From Kofleriaceae bacterium (GTDB lineage Bacteria; Myxococcota_A; Polyangia; Haliangiales; Haliangiaceae), in contig CBDCCZ010000012.1 in NCBI GenBank assembly GCA_965215005.1, positions 153,763 through 217,762 of the forward strand: a stretch of 64,000 nt of DNA, read 5' to 3'. This document shows, in pieces, positions 47,909-57,380 of this stretch. Numbering within the stretch: position 1 is the first letter of the stretch; each line of letters begins with the position of its first letter. The translations under genes were made by a program, and so were the position numbers. The notes beneath the pieces were generated by a model. It was not told where the DNA came from and searched no databases. It saw nothing but the letters and a program-made list of their open reading frames with translations.

Positions 47909-49246
47909 TCAGAGGTGACGCAATTCCTCGATGTGCGCCTCGCCGGTGCGGCGCAACGCATGTAGGTGGGCGCGCGCGAGCTCGACCTCCGCGCACCACA
48001 AGTCTTCGTTCCACGCTTCGGTCTTGATGTAGCCATGGCTCTTGGCAAACGCCTGAATCTTGCCGTTGCCCGCCGGCGCCTCCACCCTCACGGTCACCCA
48101 CTCCGCCCGACGACGCTCCGACACCAGCTGCGCCAGCGCCTCGAGCCCTTCGCCCGACAGCGCACTGATCGCCACGGCGCCCGGGAGTCGCGACCGCAGG
48201 ATCGCCAACCCATCTTGGTCATCGATGCAGTCGATCTTGTTGAGCACCGGCACGATGCGACCGAGCTCGCAGCCGAGCTCCGCCAACACGTGCTCGACCG
48301 CAGCAATCTGCTCGAGCACCTGCGGATGGCTGGCGTCGATGACGTGCAGCAGCAAGTCGGCGCTGAGCGCTTCCTCGAGGGTGGAGCGAAAGCTGGCCAC
48401 CAGGTGATGGGGCAGCTTGCGGACGAAGCCGACGGTATCGGAGAGCACCACGTCGGCGCCGGGCTCCAGATGCCAGCGGCGACTCTTGGTGTCGAGCGTG
48501 GCGAAGAGCTGATTTGCCGCGTAGGTCTCGGCCTCGGTGAGCGCGTTCATCAACGTCGACTTGCCGGCGTTGGTGTAGCCCACGAGCCCCACCGTGAACA
48601 CGCGGCTGGTGCGGCCCTCGACCAACCGTTCACGCCGCTCGTGAATGCCGCGAAGCTCGTCGCGCAGCCGCGTGATCCGCTTCTTGACGATGCGCCTATC
48701 GATCTCGATCTGCTTCTCGCCCGGCCCCTTCATGCCGAGGCCGATGCTGCTGCCGCCGGTGCCGGCCTGGCGCTCGAGATGGCTCCACATGCCGCGCAGC
48801 CGCGGTGCGGTGTACTCGAGCTGCGCGAGCTCGACCTGCAACTTGGACTCTTTGGTGCGCGCGCGGCTGGCAAAGATATCGAGGATGAGCTCGGAGCGGT
48901 CGATGACTTTGCGGCCGATGATCTTCTCGAGCTCACGGATCTGCGCCGGCGTCAGCTCGTTGTCGAACACCACGACCTTGGCTTCGCAAGCGCCCGCGAG
49001 CTCCGCGACGTGCTCGGCTTTGCCGCGCCCAATCAGGGTCGCCGCGGTCACCGCGAGCCCGTCGCCGTTCTCAGCGCCGCGGCGGGGACGGCGCTGGAAC
49101 GTGCGGCCGACGACGCGACCGCCGGCTGCCTCGACCAAGCTAGCAAGCTCGTCGAGGGAAAGATCGGGCTCATCGATGGGCTGCATCGGATAGAGGCCGA
49201 CGAGAAATGCTGGTTCGGATTCGATGGCTGTGCGGTCGTCAATCAT
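47909..49246 (-). CDS. hflX: Ribosome-splitting GTPase HflX
   Basis: GPGEKQIEIDRR, GYTNAGKST, LFATLD, DTVGF, NKID. Confidence 0.97.
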   Translation of the reverse strand: MIDDRTAIESEPAFLVGLYPMQPIDEPDLSLDELASLVEAAGGRVVGRTFQRRPRRGAENGDGLAVTAATLIGRGKAEHVAELAGACEAKVVVFDNELTPAQIRELEKIIGRKVIDRSELILDIFASRARTKESKLQVELAQLEYTAPRLRGMWSHLERQAGTGGSSIGLGMKGPGEKQIEIDRRIVKKRITRLRDELRGIHERRERLVEGRTSRVFTVGLVGYTNAGKSTLMNALTEAETYAANQLFATLDTKSRRWHLEPGADVVLSDTVGFVRKLPHHLVASFRSTLEEALSADLLLHVIDASHPQVLEQIAAVEHVLAELGCELGRIVPVLNKIDCIDDQDGLAILRSRLPGAVAISALSGEGLEALAQLVSERRRAEWVTVRVEAPAGNGKIQAFAKSHGYIKTEAWNEDLWCAEVELARAHLHALRRTGEAHIEELRHL

Positions 49247-49379
49247 GCGCTGGTGCGGTCGACCAAGCTAAGAGCTGGCCGCGGCTCCCGCAAGAGGATT
49301 TGTCCGCTGACGTCGAAACGAACCTCGACTCGCCGCGCCCACTCCGGCAAACGACAGCGTGTTCGAGCACTTGCGAGCG

Positions 49380-50360
49380 TCAACGCTTGATGATGATCAC
49401 CGCTAGAGACTCGTCTTGCCGCTCCGCCCAGCGCCGCTTGTAGTCCATCTCGGTCCCGAGGTCGTACTCCTGATAGCCGGTCTCGCAGAGCTCGGTGATC
49501 TGCTCGAGCTGCAACAGACTGCCGAGAGATTGCTCGTGATAGTCGGCGTCGTAGGAGAACTGCAAGCCGCGATAACACGTGCCGATGACGCCACCGAAGA
49601 CGTAGCCAATGTCGCGGTCCTGATGACGCGCGAAGATCGTCCGCTGCGCGCCGCGCGCGATCAGTCGGGCAATCATGATGCGATAGAAGTCGTGCATGGC
49701 GCCGCCGTCGATACCGACCCCGGTGCTGCCCTTCCAGCTGCGCATTTCGATGCGCAAGATGCGGTCAAAGAGCGCCTCAGCGTCCTCTTCGCGCTCGAGA
49801 TGACAGCGCTCGAACGTGACCCCGGCCTGGCTGGCGAGGCGCGCCGCGCGCCGCAATCCCTTGCGAAAATTGCGCGACCGCCGGGCCAGAAATCCGTCCA
49901 CACCGCCCTCTAAGCTAGCGACGTGGCGGATGGTGCTCGCGCCGAGTCTGACATCGCTCCACGGCGCAAATCCGGTGACGAGAGCGGCCGCCAATCCCGA
50001 GTGCTCGAAGATGCCGGTGAGCGCTAGAACGTCCCAGTCGTCGCGCCGGAGCCGGCAGAGCTCGACGAACGCGCGCGCCAAGTCTATCGAGCTCGCGCCG
50101 ACCAGCGGACACGACAACCCCCACATGGCCTCCAGGGGCTCGAGGTAGCGAAATCCACGCGGATGCATCGCCGCCATCAGCGCGACCCATCCCGCCTCGC
50201 TGCGGTGCAACCACGGCCGCCGGGGCGGCATCAACGCGCGGTTGGCGGGCAGGATCCAGTCGCTTGCGGAGCAAAAGCGGTCCAGGAGCGGCGCCGCCAA
50301 GACGTCATCATCGAAGGCTCGGCTCGCGCGCTCCAGCTCAGCCAGGGGCAGCTCGTGCAC
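49380..50360 (-). CDS. GNAT-family protein (CelD/BcsL-like)
   Basis: SRNFRKGLRR; SLGSLL; YDLGTEMDYKRRW. Confidence 0.75.
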   Translation of the reverse strand: MHELPLAELERASRAFDDDVLAAPLLDRFCSASDWILPANRALMPPRRPWLHRSEAGWVALMAAMHPRGFRYLEPLEAMWGLSCPLVGASSIDLARAFVELCRLRRDDWDVLALTGIFEHSGLAAALVTGFAPWSDVRLGASTIRHVASLEGGVDGFLARRSRNFRKGLRRAARLASQAGVTFERCHLEREEDAEALFDRILRIEMRSWKGSTGVGIDGGAMHDFYRIMIARLIARGAQRTIFARHQDRDIGYVFGGVIGTCYRGLQFSYDADYHEQSLGSLLQLEQITELCETGYQEYDLGTEMDYKRRWAERQDESLAVIIIKR

Positions 50361-50458
50361 GTCGACGTTTTATAGCGAGGTCTGCGGGCGAGCGCCAGAG
50401 CGGGCTCGCCCACCAACCGCCCGGCGCCGCCAACCCGCGACGCCGGTATAGTCGCGCG

Positions 50459-50866
50459 ATGCCTAAACCGCAATCGGCGGGAACGCTGCTCTATCGGCGA
50501 GGAGCTGCCGGCCTCGAGGTGCTCCTGGTGCATGCTTCGGGAGGCTATAACCGCCGCGCCCCATGGGGCATCCCCAAGGGACTTCCCGAGCCTGGCGAAT
50601 CGCTCGAAGCGGCAGCCCGGCGCGAGACCCGTGAGGAGACCGGTGTCGAGGCGGGTGTGCTGATGCCGCTGGGGTACATCGATTATACGCGCAGCCGCAA
50701 ACGCATCCATGCCTTCGCCGGCCCCGCCCCGGCCGAGGCGACGCCGCGCTGCGCCTCCTGGGAAATCGACTGCGCCGAATTCGTCGCAATCGAGCGCGCG
50801 CGGCAGCTGATTCACCCCGAGCAAGCGGCGTTCCTCAGCCGGCTCGAAGCGGCGCTGGCCGAGTAG
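50459..50866 (+). CDS. NUDIX hydrolase
   Basis: PKG...GESLEAAARRETREETG Nudix box. Confidence 0.92.
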   Translation: MPKPQSAGTLLYRRGAAGLEVLLVHASGGYNRRAPWGIPKGLPEPGESLEAAARRETREETGVEAGVLMPLGYIDYTRSRKRIHAFAGPAPAEATPRCASWEIDCAEFVAIERARQLIHPEQAAFLSRLEAALAE

Positions 50867-50960
50867 CGCGCCGTGCGGCAAGACGCGCATCGCGCGGCGA
50901 AATGGGCTATACAGCCCGCCTTGTCCGCGACCCTACTCGCGGAACTTCTAGCGAGAGCCG

Positions 50961-51329
50961 ATGGACGATTCACGCGATAGTAGACCCGCCCGGCGCCCCC
51001 GCGCGCACCGCCTCATCTTGCCGCTCGGCATGCGCGTGCTGGTCAACGTCCTGAAGGACGAAGACCGCACGGAGGCGGGCCTGTATCTCCCCGAGGGTGC
51101 CAAAGAACAGCATCTAGAGGCTCTTTATGGAGAGGTCATCGAGGTCGCTCGAGACAAGCCGACAACCGAGGAGCCGGCGGAAAACGTCTCGGGTGTACCG
51201 ATGGGCTCGCGGGTGCTGTTCAAGAAAGACGCCGGCATTCGCGTGCCTTGGGATGAGCGCCTGCGGGTGCTCGACGTCAAAGACATCCTGGCGACCGTCG
51301 AAGAGCACTCCGACGAGGACGCGCACTAG
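50961..51329 (+). CDS. groES: GroES/Cpn10-family co-chaperonin (no adjacent groEL)
   Basis: PLGMRVLV, TEAGLYLP mobile loop, GEVIEV, GSRVLF, DILA. Confidence 0.8.
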   Translation: MDDSRDSRPARRPRAHRLILPLGMRVLVNVLKDEDRTEAGLYLPEGAKEQHLEALYGEVIEVARDKPTTEEPAENVSGVPMGSRVLFKKDAGIRVPWDERLRVLDVKDILATVEEHSDEDAH

Positions 51330-51506
51330 CGGGCAGCATCGCCTAGCGACGCGCTGCGGATCACGGTTGCAGGTGGCTTTGCATGTGGCGCCCGCGCAAC
51401 AATGATGCGCTGGCCGCTACAAGGTGCTGCCGGCGCTCGTGCGCAGGCGCACGCCCCGGCATCGTTGCCATTGCACACGGCGGTGGCGCCCTCCTACGCT
51501 GCAGAC

Positions 51507-52523
51507 ATGAACGCATCGCCTACGTTGTCTTTAGCCGCGGTGCTCGCAGTGGTCAGCGCCGGCTGCTTGAGCACCTCCCACGTCATTCCCAAGAATGAGC
51601 TCATGCGGATCGCTCAGAGCGATCCCAATCAGCGCGGCGAGCGAGTCCGCGTGGTCCAGGGTTTCGCCGGAGAGGAGGAGCCGCCGCAGCGCACGCCGGT
51701 CACCTCGAGCACGACGGTGGTGGTGGTTGGTGGCGTGGGCGGCGGTGGTGCACCCGCGCGGCGCAGCACGCGGGTTGCGGCGAGTCGCGGCGGCGTGCGC
51801 TCCTCGCGTGGCGACCTCGCCAGCGCCAAGGCAAGCGAAGCGTACTGGTGGATCGTGGCCGGCGCTGCGTTGGGAGTTGGCTTGGCGGTCACCGAAGGCG
51901 CTCGCTACAACGGCTGGGTTCAGCTGCACCCGATGCATCCCGTCCATCTTTTCGGCCGCTACGGAGAGTACACCTGGATGCCGCTCGCGCAGCTCGATCC
52001 CGAGACCGCGGCATGGGCCGAAAAAGCCATCGTTCGCCCCGAAGAAGGCCCTTGGCGACGACTCGAGCGCGCACCGCTCGACCGTCACGGTCTCACCTAT
52101 TCCATCTTGCTCGGCGCGGCGGAGCTGCCGTCGGCAACCGGTAGCGAGCACACCGGCTTTCTGTCGCACATTCAGTTCGGCGTGTTTCCCACCCAGGTCA
52201 TCGGCCTCAACCTCGACATCGCGTTGGGCTGGGCCGAGAACGACCAGCTGGAAACCATCTTCGACACCCGCTGGTCGCTCGAGCTGCAAGCGTATCCGCT
52301 CCAGGCGGGTCGCTTTCACGTCGGCGGCTACGGCGCCCTCGGGCTGGCGGCGCGCTTCGAAGATGGTCCCGACGGTGTCGATCAGCGCGACACGGTGCTC
52401 TCGGGGGGTCTGCTCATGCAGCTGGACCTGACCACGACCCTGGCACTCACCGGCCGGGTCGGCGTGGCCTCACTGTTTGACGAGATCTCCACCGAAGGCA
52501 CCATCGGCATTTCGGTGTATTGA
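51507..52523 (+). CDS. Hypothetical lipoprotein with probable C-terminal beta-barrel
   Basis: SAGC lipobox; amphipathic beta-strands ending in aromatic Y. Confidence 0.6.
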   Translation: MNASPTLSLAAVLAVVSAGCLSTSHVIPKNELMRIAQSDPNQRGERVRVVQGFAGEEEPPQRTPVTSSTTVVVVGGVGGGGAPARRSTRVAASRGGVRSSRGDLASAKASEAYWWIVAGAALGVGLAVTEGARYNGWVQLHPMHPVHLFGRYGEYTWMPLAQLDPETAAWAEKAIVRPEEGPWRRLERAPLDRHGLTYSILLGAAELPSATGSEHTGFLSHIQFGVFPTQVIGLNLDIALGWAENDQLETIFDTRWSLELQAYPLQAGRFHVGGYGALGLAARFEDGPDGVDQRDTVLSGGLLMQLDLTTTLALTGRVGVASLFDEISTEGTIGISVY

Positions 52524-53339
52524 TGGTCGCTGGATGATCGCCGGCTTGGCGGCGAGCTCACTCAGCGTCCTTCGCGGTGCTGGAGCTCGGTCGGCTCTGC
52601 CAAGGTCGCGGGCACGGCGCCATCGACCGTGGCGTCGGTGCAGCCGGGGATGGCGCGAACATCCGCTGACGCCTCCCGCAGGTGCGACCGACAGCTCCGC
52701 CGCCAGTGAGACGTTATCGGACCGCAGCCCCGCCGGTCCCACGAGCTCGAGCGCGCTCGGCGGCAGCTCGCCGAGCCAGCGCATCCGGCCGTCGATCCAC
52801 ACCGTAAGCTCGCTGCCGAGGATCTCGGCGCGAATCGAGTGGCTCGAGCCAACCTCGAGCGTGGGCGGGCGCCGGCGCCGCTGCGGGTGAATCGTGTGAT
52901 AGCCGGCGGTGCCGCACTCGGCGTGGGTATGGCTGCCGCGCTGACGCTTGAGCGAGACGTCGATGCCGGGTTCGGGCTCGAGCCGCCACATTACGTAGAT
53001 CAGGTTGCAGCCGTCTTCGGCGCGCAGCTTGAGCCCGACCTGCCGGCGCAGTTGCCCAGAGTGCAGGAGGCGAACATCGCTGCTCGGTCCGCGATAGGTA
53101 AACTGCAGCTCGGCCGCATCGCCGCCGGAGCCGAGCGCAACGGCGCGTACCGTCGGCTCGTCGATCGCCAGCTGTCCCGGCAGGGCTTCGGCTTGCTCGA
53201 TGCCGCGGGTGGCGCACAGCGACTCGGGCACCATTGGCGCCACCACCAGCTGCGGCTCGGGATCGGGCTCATCCGTGAGGCTCCAGCCGCAACCGGTGAG
53301 CGCGGCGAGAATCAGAGTACAGCCCCAGGTGCCGCTCAT
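52470..53339 (-). CDS. Lipoprotein with probable concanavalin-A/lectin-like beta-sandwich
   Basis: LTGC lipobox; strand-rich; HSIRAEI..SELTVWIDG...GPAGLRSDN; ATGA overlap with the upstream gene; 3' end uncertain. Confidence 0.55.
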   Translation of the reverse strand: MSGTWGCTLILAALTGCGWSLTDEPDPEPQLVVAPMVPESLCATRGIEQAEALPGQLAIDEPTVRAVALGSGGDAAELQFTYRGPSSDVRLLHSGQLRRQVGLKLRAEDGCNLIYVMWRLEPEPGIDVSLKRQRGSHTHAECGTAGYHTIHPQRRRRPPTLEVGSSHSIRAEILGSELTVWIDGRMRWLGELPPSALELVGPAGLRSDNVSLAAELSVAPAGGVSGCSRHPRLHRRHGRWRRARDLGRADRAPAPRRTLSELAAKPAIIQRPSIHRNADGAFGGDLVKQ

Positions 53340-54394
53340 CGCCCCTCCTCGAGGATCTCGCGGAGGCTGGCGACGTGCGCCTCGAGATACGCATGCTCGG
53401 CCTTGACCTCGACCCACTCGAACCACACCGTGCGGCGGAGCCGCCGGCTGCTCTCACCGCCGATGCGAGTGAGCTGCTCGAGCTGGGTCTCGAGCTCTTC
53501 CAGCAGCGCCCCGGTCTCCGTGAGCCGCTGCTGCTGATCCACGAACAGCGACTGCAGTGACTCGCGCGCTTCCGGGTTGGGCTCGTCGCGAAGCAATCGC
53601 CGGCGCCCGGCCGCGGCGCGTTCGTTGGCCGAGCCCTGCAATAGCCAACCGAGATTGAAGCTGGCAATCGCCACCGCGAAGAACGGCGAGTCATCGGCGT
53701 CGCTGGTGAGGAAGGCGTCGTAACCGGCGCGGACACTCACGTCCCAGGAGCGCGCGCGCCGCAATCGGCCATCGTAACTCTCGACGTCGGCGTCGGCGCG
53801 ATACAGCGCGGCAAGCGCCCCCGAGGAGCTCGCCGATGATGCCGGCAGCGTGCTCAGCTCGGCGCGGGTGGTAGCGGCCAGCTCGCGGAGCGCACGGATG
53901 CGCATGCGGGTGGCGGTGACTTCTTGTACGGTCGCGCGACGTGCGGAAAGGTCGTCTGCCGCGCGAGCGAGCATTTCCCCTGCTTCGGTAAGCGAGCTGT
54001 CGAGCACCTCGAGACGAGCCCGAAGCGCCCGCTGCAGGCGCGCGTCGCGAACGTCTTGCAGGGCGTGAAAGCGGCGGCAATCCGCGCGGGCGCGATCGCG
54101 GGTGAGGCCCGCTTGATAGAGGTTGCCAAGACTGTAGGCAACACCCGCCGTGAGCCGCAGATCGTCGGAGGTGGCTTCTGGCGCCACCGTAATGACCGGT
54201 TGATCGATATAGCCAATGCTGCCAAACACGGCCGGCATCGCCAAGCGAGCAGCGTCGGCGTCGGCCGCGCCGCCCACGGCGTCGCAGTAGCCGCTAAACG
54301 CAGCTTGTGCGCTTGCTTGGGCAACTGCCGCCAGATGAACCGAGACGAGCGCAGCCACAACCCCAGCTCTTTTCATCACTCGCGATGGTCTCAT
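53336..54394 (-). CDS. TolC/outer-membrane-factor-like protein
   Basis: Signal peptide (AQA); two repeats of paired amphipathic beta-strands followed by long helices. Confidence 0.6.
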   Translation of the reverse strand: MRPSRVMKRAGVVAALVSVHLAAVAQASAQAAFSGYCDAVGGAADADAARLAMPAVFGSIGYIDQPVITVAPEATSDDLRLTAGVAYSLGNLYQAGLTRDRARADCRRFHALQDVRDARLQRALRARLEVLDSSLTEAGEMLARAADDLSARRATVQEVTATRMRIRALRELAATTRAELSTLPASSASSSGALAALYRADADVESYDGRLRRARSWDVSVRAGYDAFLTSDADDSPFFAVAIASFNLGWLLQGSANERAAAGRRRLLRDEPNPEARESLQSLFVDQQQRLTETGALLEELETQLEQLTRIGGESSRRLRRTVWFEWVEVKAEHAYLEAHVASLREILEEGR

Positions 54395-55908
54395 AAAAGC
54401 AGTGGCCGGCCACCAGCGAACAGCACATCTGCTTCCGCCGCGTCAGCGGTTTCTAGATCCACAGACACCATCCGACCCCGTAGCACCTTCTCGCGCTGGG
54501 GATGCTTGAACGTAACCTCCCCAGGCAACACCTCGATGACCTCGCCAACGCGTCCACAAAACAACATCTCGAGATGACACCCGTAAAGCGACGTTCCCGC
54601 CTCGAGTCCCTCGAGGTTGCTATAGGGCACGAAGGCTACATTGGCATTGTCGGCTACGGCGCGCAGAAAGGGCGACTGTGACAAACCCGCGAGAATCTGG
54701 TTTTGACGCTCTAGGCTGAGGGCCAATGCCTCGCGATTCTCGACCGCCTTGGCGGTTTCCAGGCGCGACAGCTCATATTCTTGTTTGATGCGCAGGACGT
54801 CGTAGCTGAGCGAGCCGTCGCCGCCTTTCTCGGTAACGATGGCATCGAGTGCGCTCGCTTCGGCCTCGAGCTCGGCAGCGCGTGTTTCGTATTCCGCTTG
54901 TCGCTCGGCAAGAGAGAGGGTCGAGCTGGTGATTTGCGCGAGTTGATATTTGCCCGATAGGAGGTCGCTGCGGTCGATGAGACCGGCGGCGAGCTCTTCT
55001 GTCATGCGCTTGCGCGAAGAGCTGGCGAACGCGCGGTTGGAGCGCGCTATTCGAGCCCGGGCGCCGGCGTAGTCACGCGCGAGCTCGCGCACCCGGTCGA
55101 GCGCCGAGCGGCGGCCGGAGAGGTCGGCGCGGATGGCGCGGGCAAACTCGGACTGAAAGGTCTGCTGCACCGCGATGTAGCGATCGGCATGACTGAGCTC
55201 GGCGACGATGCGATCGCGCTCATTTTGCTGCGTCGCCAACTGCGCCTGCAGCGCCAGTACCCGCTCATCGCTCTTGGACACCACCATGGGCTGTATCCAA
55301 CTGTCACTCACGAAATAGAATGCCGTGGTTGCAATGTAGCCAACGAGCACCACGACGATGAGTGTGAGGACGCCAAAGCCCAGCAGCCGATACGCCGAAA
55401 CGAGCAGCTTGGCGGTCTTTTGCGACAACTGCTCTGCGGAAGGCAGGCTCGGAGCGCCCAATCCCAAACTCTCATACGCGCTCCACCGATTGGCTGCCGC
55501 AGCCGGTTCTTGATACGCGGGCACGCTGGTGAGACCGACGGGCGGCGGCGTGACCTTTGGCTCGATAGCGGAGGCCTCGCCCGTGGCAGGCATGGCAGCT
55601 CGCGGCGCCTCGGGCGGCGGCGGCAGTGGCGGTGGGCTCGCCGTGCTCGGCCGCTGGGGCGAAGCTTCAGACGCCTCAGGGCCATTGTAGCCGGGTAGCT
55701 TCCAACCAGCGGCGAGCTCGGCCGCCGTGACGCCATGGCGACGCCGGCGCGGCTTGCCGAACGGAATCACCGTGTTCGAGCGCGGCGGAAGACGCGGCGC
55801 CGCTCGTTTGCCACTGGCGACGCGGTTGGAAGGGGTCGAGGGTTGTCGCGGTTGTGGCTTGGCCGCGTCGCGCGCAGGAGAAGAGTCTTGTGAGTTGGGT
55901 GCTGACAT
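54391..55908 (-). CDS. Membrane-fusion (HlyD-like) periplasmic adaptor
   Basis: Pro-rich N-tail, single TM, ~200-aa coiled coil, C-terminal beta domain (VAFVPY...GEVIEV). Confidence 0.6.
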   Translation of the reverse strand: MSAPNSQDSSPARDAAKPQPRQPSTPSNRVASGKRAAPRLPPRSNTVIPFGKPRRRRHGVTAAELAAGWKLPGYNGPEASEASPQRPSTASPPPLPPPPEAPRAAMPATGEASAIEPKVTPPPVGLTSVPAYQEPAAAANRWSAYESLGLGAPSLPSAEQLSQKTAKLLVSAYRLLGFGVLTLIVVVLVGYIATTAFYFVSDSWIQPMVVSKSDERVLALQAQLATQQNERDRIVAELSHADRYIAVQQTFQSEFARAIRADLSGRRSALDRVRELARDYAGARARIARSNRAFASSSRKRMTEELAAGLIDRSDLLSGKYQLAQITSSTLSLAERQAEYETRAAELEAEASALDAIVTEKGGDGSLSYDVLRIKQEYELSRLETAKAVENREALALSLERQNQILAGLSQSPFLRAVADNANVAFVPYSNLEGLEAGTSLYGCHLEMLFCGRVGEVIEVLPGEVTFKHPQREKVLRGRMVSVDLETADAAEADVLFAGGRPLLL

Positions 55909-56121
55909 CGTGGCTTGGGCGCCGCCAGGTGCAAAAACATCGCCACAGGAATCGTCGACCGGAGGTCGCGAAATCAGCTACGAGACGCCCTCGAGCGCCC
56001 ACTGTTGTGGTGGGAGCCATCCCCACCACGAGGCCCCACCCCCCAACCGCCAGACCCGCGCGATTGCTCGAGAGTTGCGTATCACCGCGAACACAAGCGG
56101 TATGCGGGCTCGCTTCTCGAA

Positions 56122-56149
56122 CGAGCAAGAACGGCATCACTCTTGCTCG
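56122..56149 (+). promoter_or_regulatory. Candidate sigma54 promoter embedded in a 9-bp inverted repeat
   Basis: CGGCAT-CACTC-TTGCT (56132-56147); CGAGCAAGA-N10-TCTTGCTCG. Confidence 0.6.
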
Positions 56150-56168
56150 AGTCACGACAGCACCGAGC

Positions 56169-57380
56169 ATGTCTTCGTTTCCCATCTACCTGTTCATCTT
56201 CATCGTGTTTCTGAACCGCTACGTGTTCGGATTTTACCTAACGTTGGTTCGTGGGCGGCGGTTTGACGACACGGTTGCAGGCTATGAGCCCACCATCACC
56301 GTGGTGGTCCCACTCTTCAACGAGGGTCGCTCCATCTACGACACGATCGAGAGCTTGGTTCGACTCGACTACCCGGCGGACAAGCTGCAAATCACCGTCG
56401 TCGACGACTGCTCGACCGACGACAGCTATGAATGGGCCGCTCGTGCCGCCACCCAATACTCGAACGTTCGGGTGCTGCGCAACCCCGTAAACGTCGGCAA
56501 GCGCAAAGGCATCAATCATGCGGTTCGCGAGGCGACCTCTGAAATCATCGTCTCCGTCGACTCGGATGTCATCGTTTATCCAACGGCGCTTCGCGAGTTG
56601 GTCGCTCGCTTTACCAGTCCAGAGATTGCAGCGGTCGGCGGTCGAATCCACGTTTCGAACCCAAACGACAACTGGCTCTCCAAGCTGCAAACTATCAAGT
56701 ACTACTTTGGCCAGGAGCACCTAAAGAACCTCGAGCGGTCACTCCGCTCGGTGATGTGCCTTTCCGGCTGCCTTACTGCCTACCGGCGCCACGTGCTGAT
56801 GGAGCTCGAGCCCATCCTCGAAAGCCGCAACATCCTCGGAATAGCCATCAAGTACGGCGAAGACCGGTTTTTAACCCGACAAATCGTCAAACACGGCTAT
56901 CGCACTGTGATGACCATGGATGCGATGTGCTTCACCAAAGCACCCACGACACTGCGCGGCTACTTCAGCCAACAACTGCGCTGGAAGCGCTCCAACATCG
57001 TCGACTTTGCCTGCGGCCTCGGCCACGCCTGGCAACTCCATCCGCTCCTGTGTCTGCAGTACTTGTCGATGTTCCTGTTGCTGCTGGTCTATCCGTTCGT
57101 CATCGCGACACACGTGCTCGAAGGAACGTTCTTCGAGCTAGCCAGCTTCCATGTGGCAATCATTGCCGCCTTTGGCCTCATCTACTACTTCGCTCCATCG
57201 ACGCGCGCGCTGCCGCCGTGGCTGCGCGTGCATCCGATCTCGTTTCTGCCCATGGCGGTGTTGATGCCGGTTGCCTACATCCTGCTAACGCCGCTCGGAC
57301 TCTTCACCCTAGACACCTCGAGCTGGGAAACGCGCGGCCATGGCGCCGTGGCCACGCCTGGAGCCGGAGCACCGAAATGA
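56169..57380 (+). CDS. Processive GT2 synthase, NodC/hyaluronan-synthase-like
   Basis: DDCSTD, GKR, VDSD, SGCLTAYRR, GEDRFLT, QQLRW; N- and C-terminal TMs; 403 aa. Confidence 0.88.
   Translation: MSSFPIYLFIFIVFLNRYVFGFYLTLVRGRRFDDTVAGYEPTITVVVPLFNEGRSIYDTIESLVRLDYPADKLQITVVDDCSTDDSYEWAARAATQYSNVRVLRNPVNVGKRKGINHAVREATSEIIVSVDSDVIVYPTALRELVARFTSPEIAAVGGRIHVSNPNDNWLSKLQTIKYYFGQEHLKNLERSLRSVMCLSGCLTAYRRHVLMELEPILESRNILGIAIKYGEDRFLTRQIVKHGYRTVMTMDAMCFTKAPTTLRGYFSQQLRWKRSNIVDFACGLGHAWQLHPLLCLQYLSMFLLLLVYPFVIATHVLEGTFFELASFHVAIIAAFGLIYYFAPSTRALPPWLRVHPISFLPMAVLMPVAYILLTPLGLFTLDTSSWETRGHGAVATPGAGAPK

Noticed and set aside
49380..50360. CelD/BcsL-like GNAT as part of the glycan system
   Set aside because: Separated by three unrelated genes and co-oriented with hflX; no evidence of linkage.
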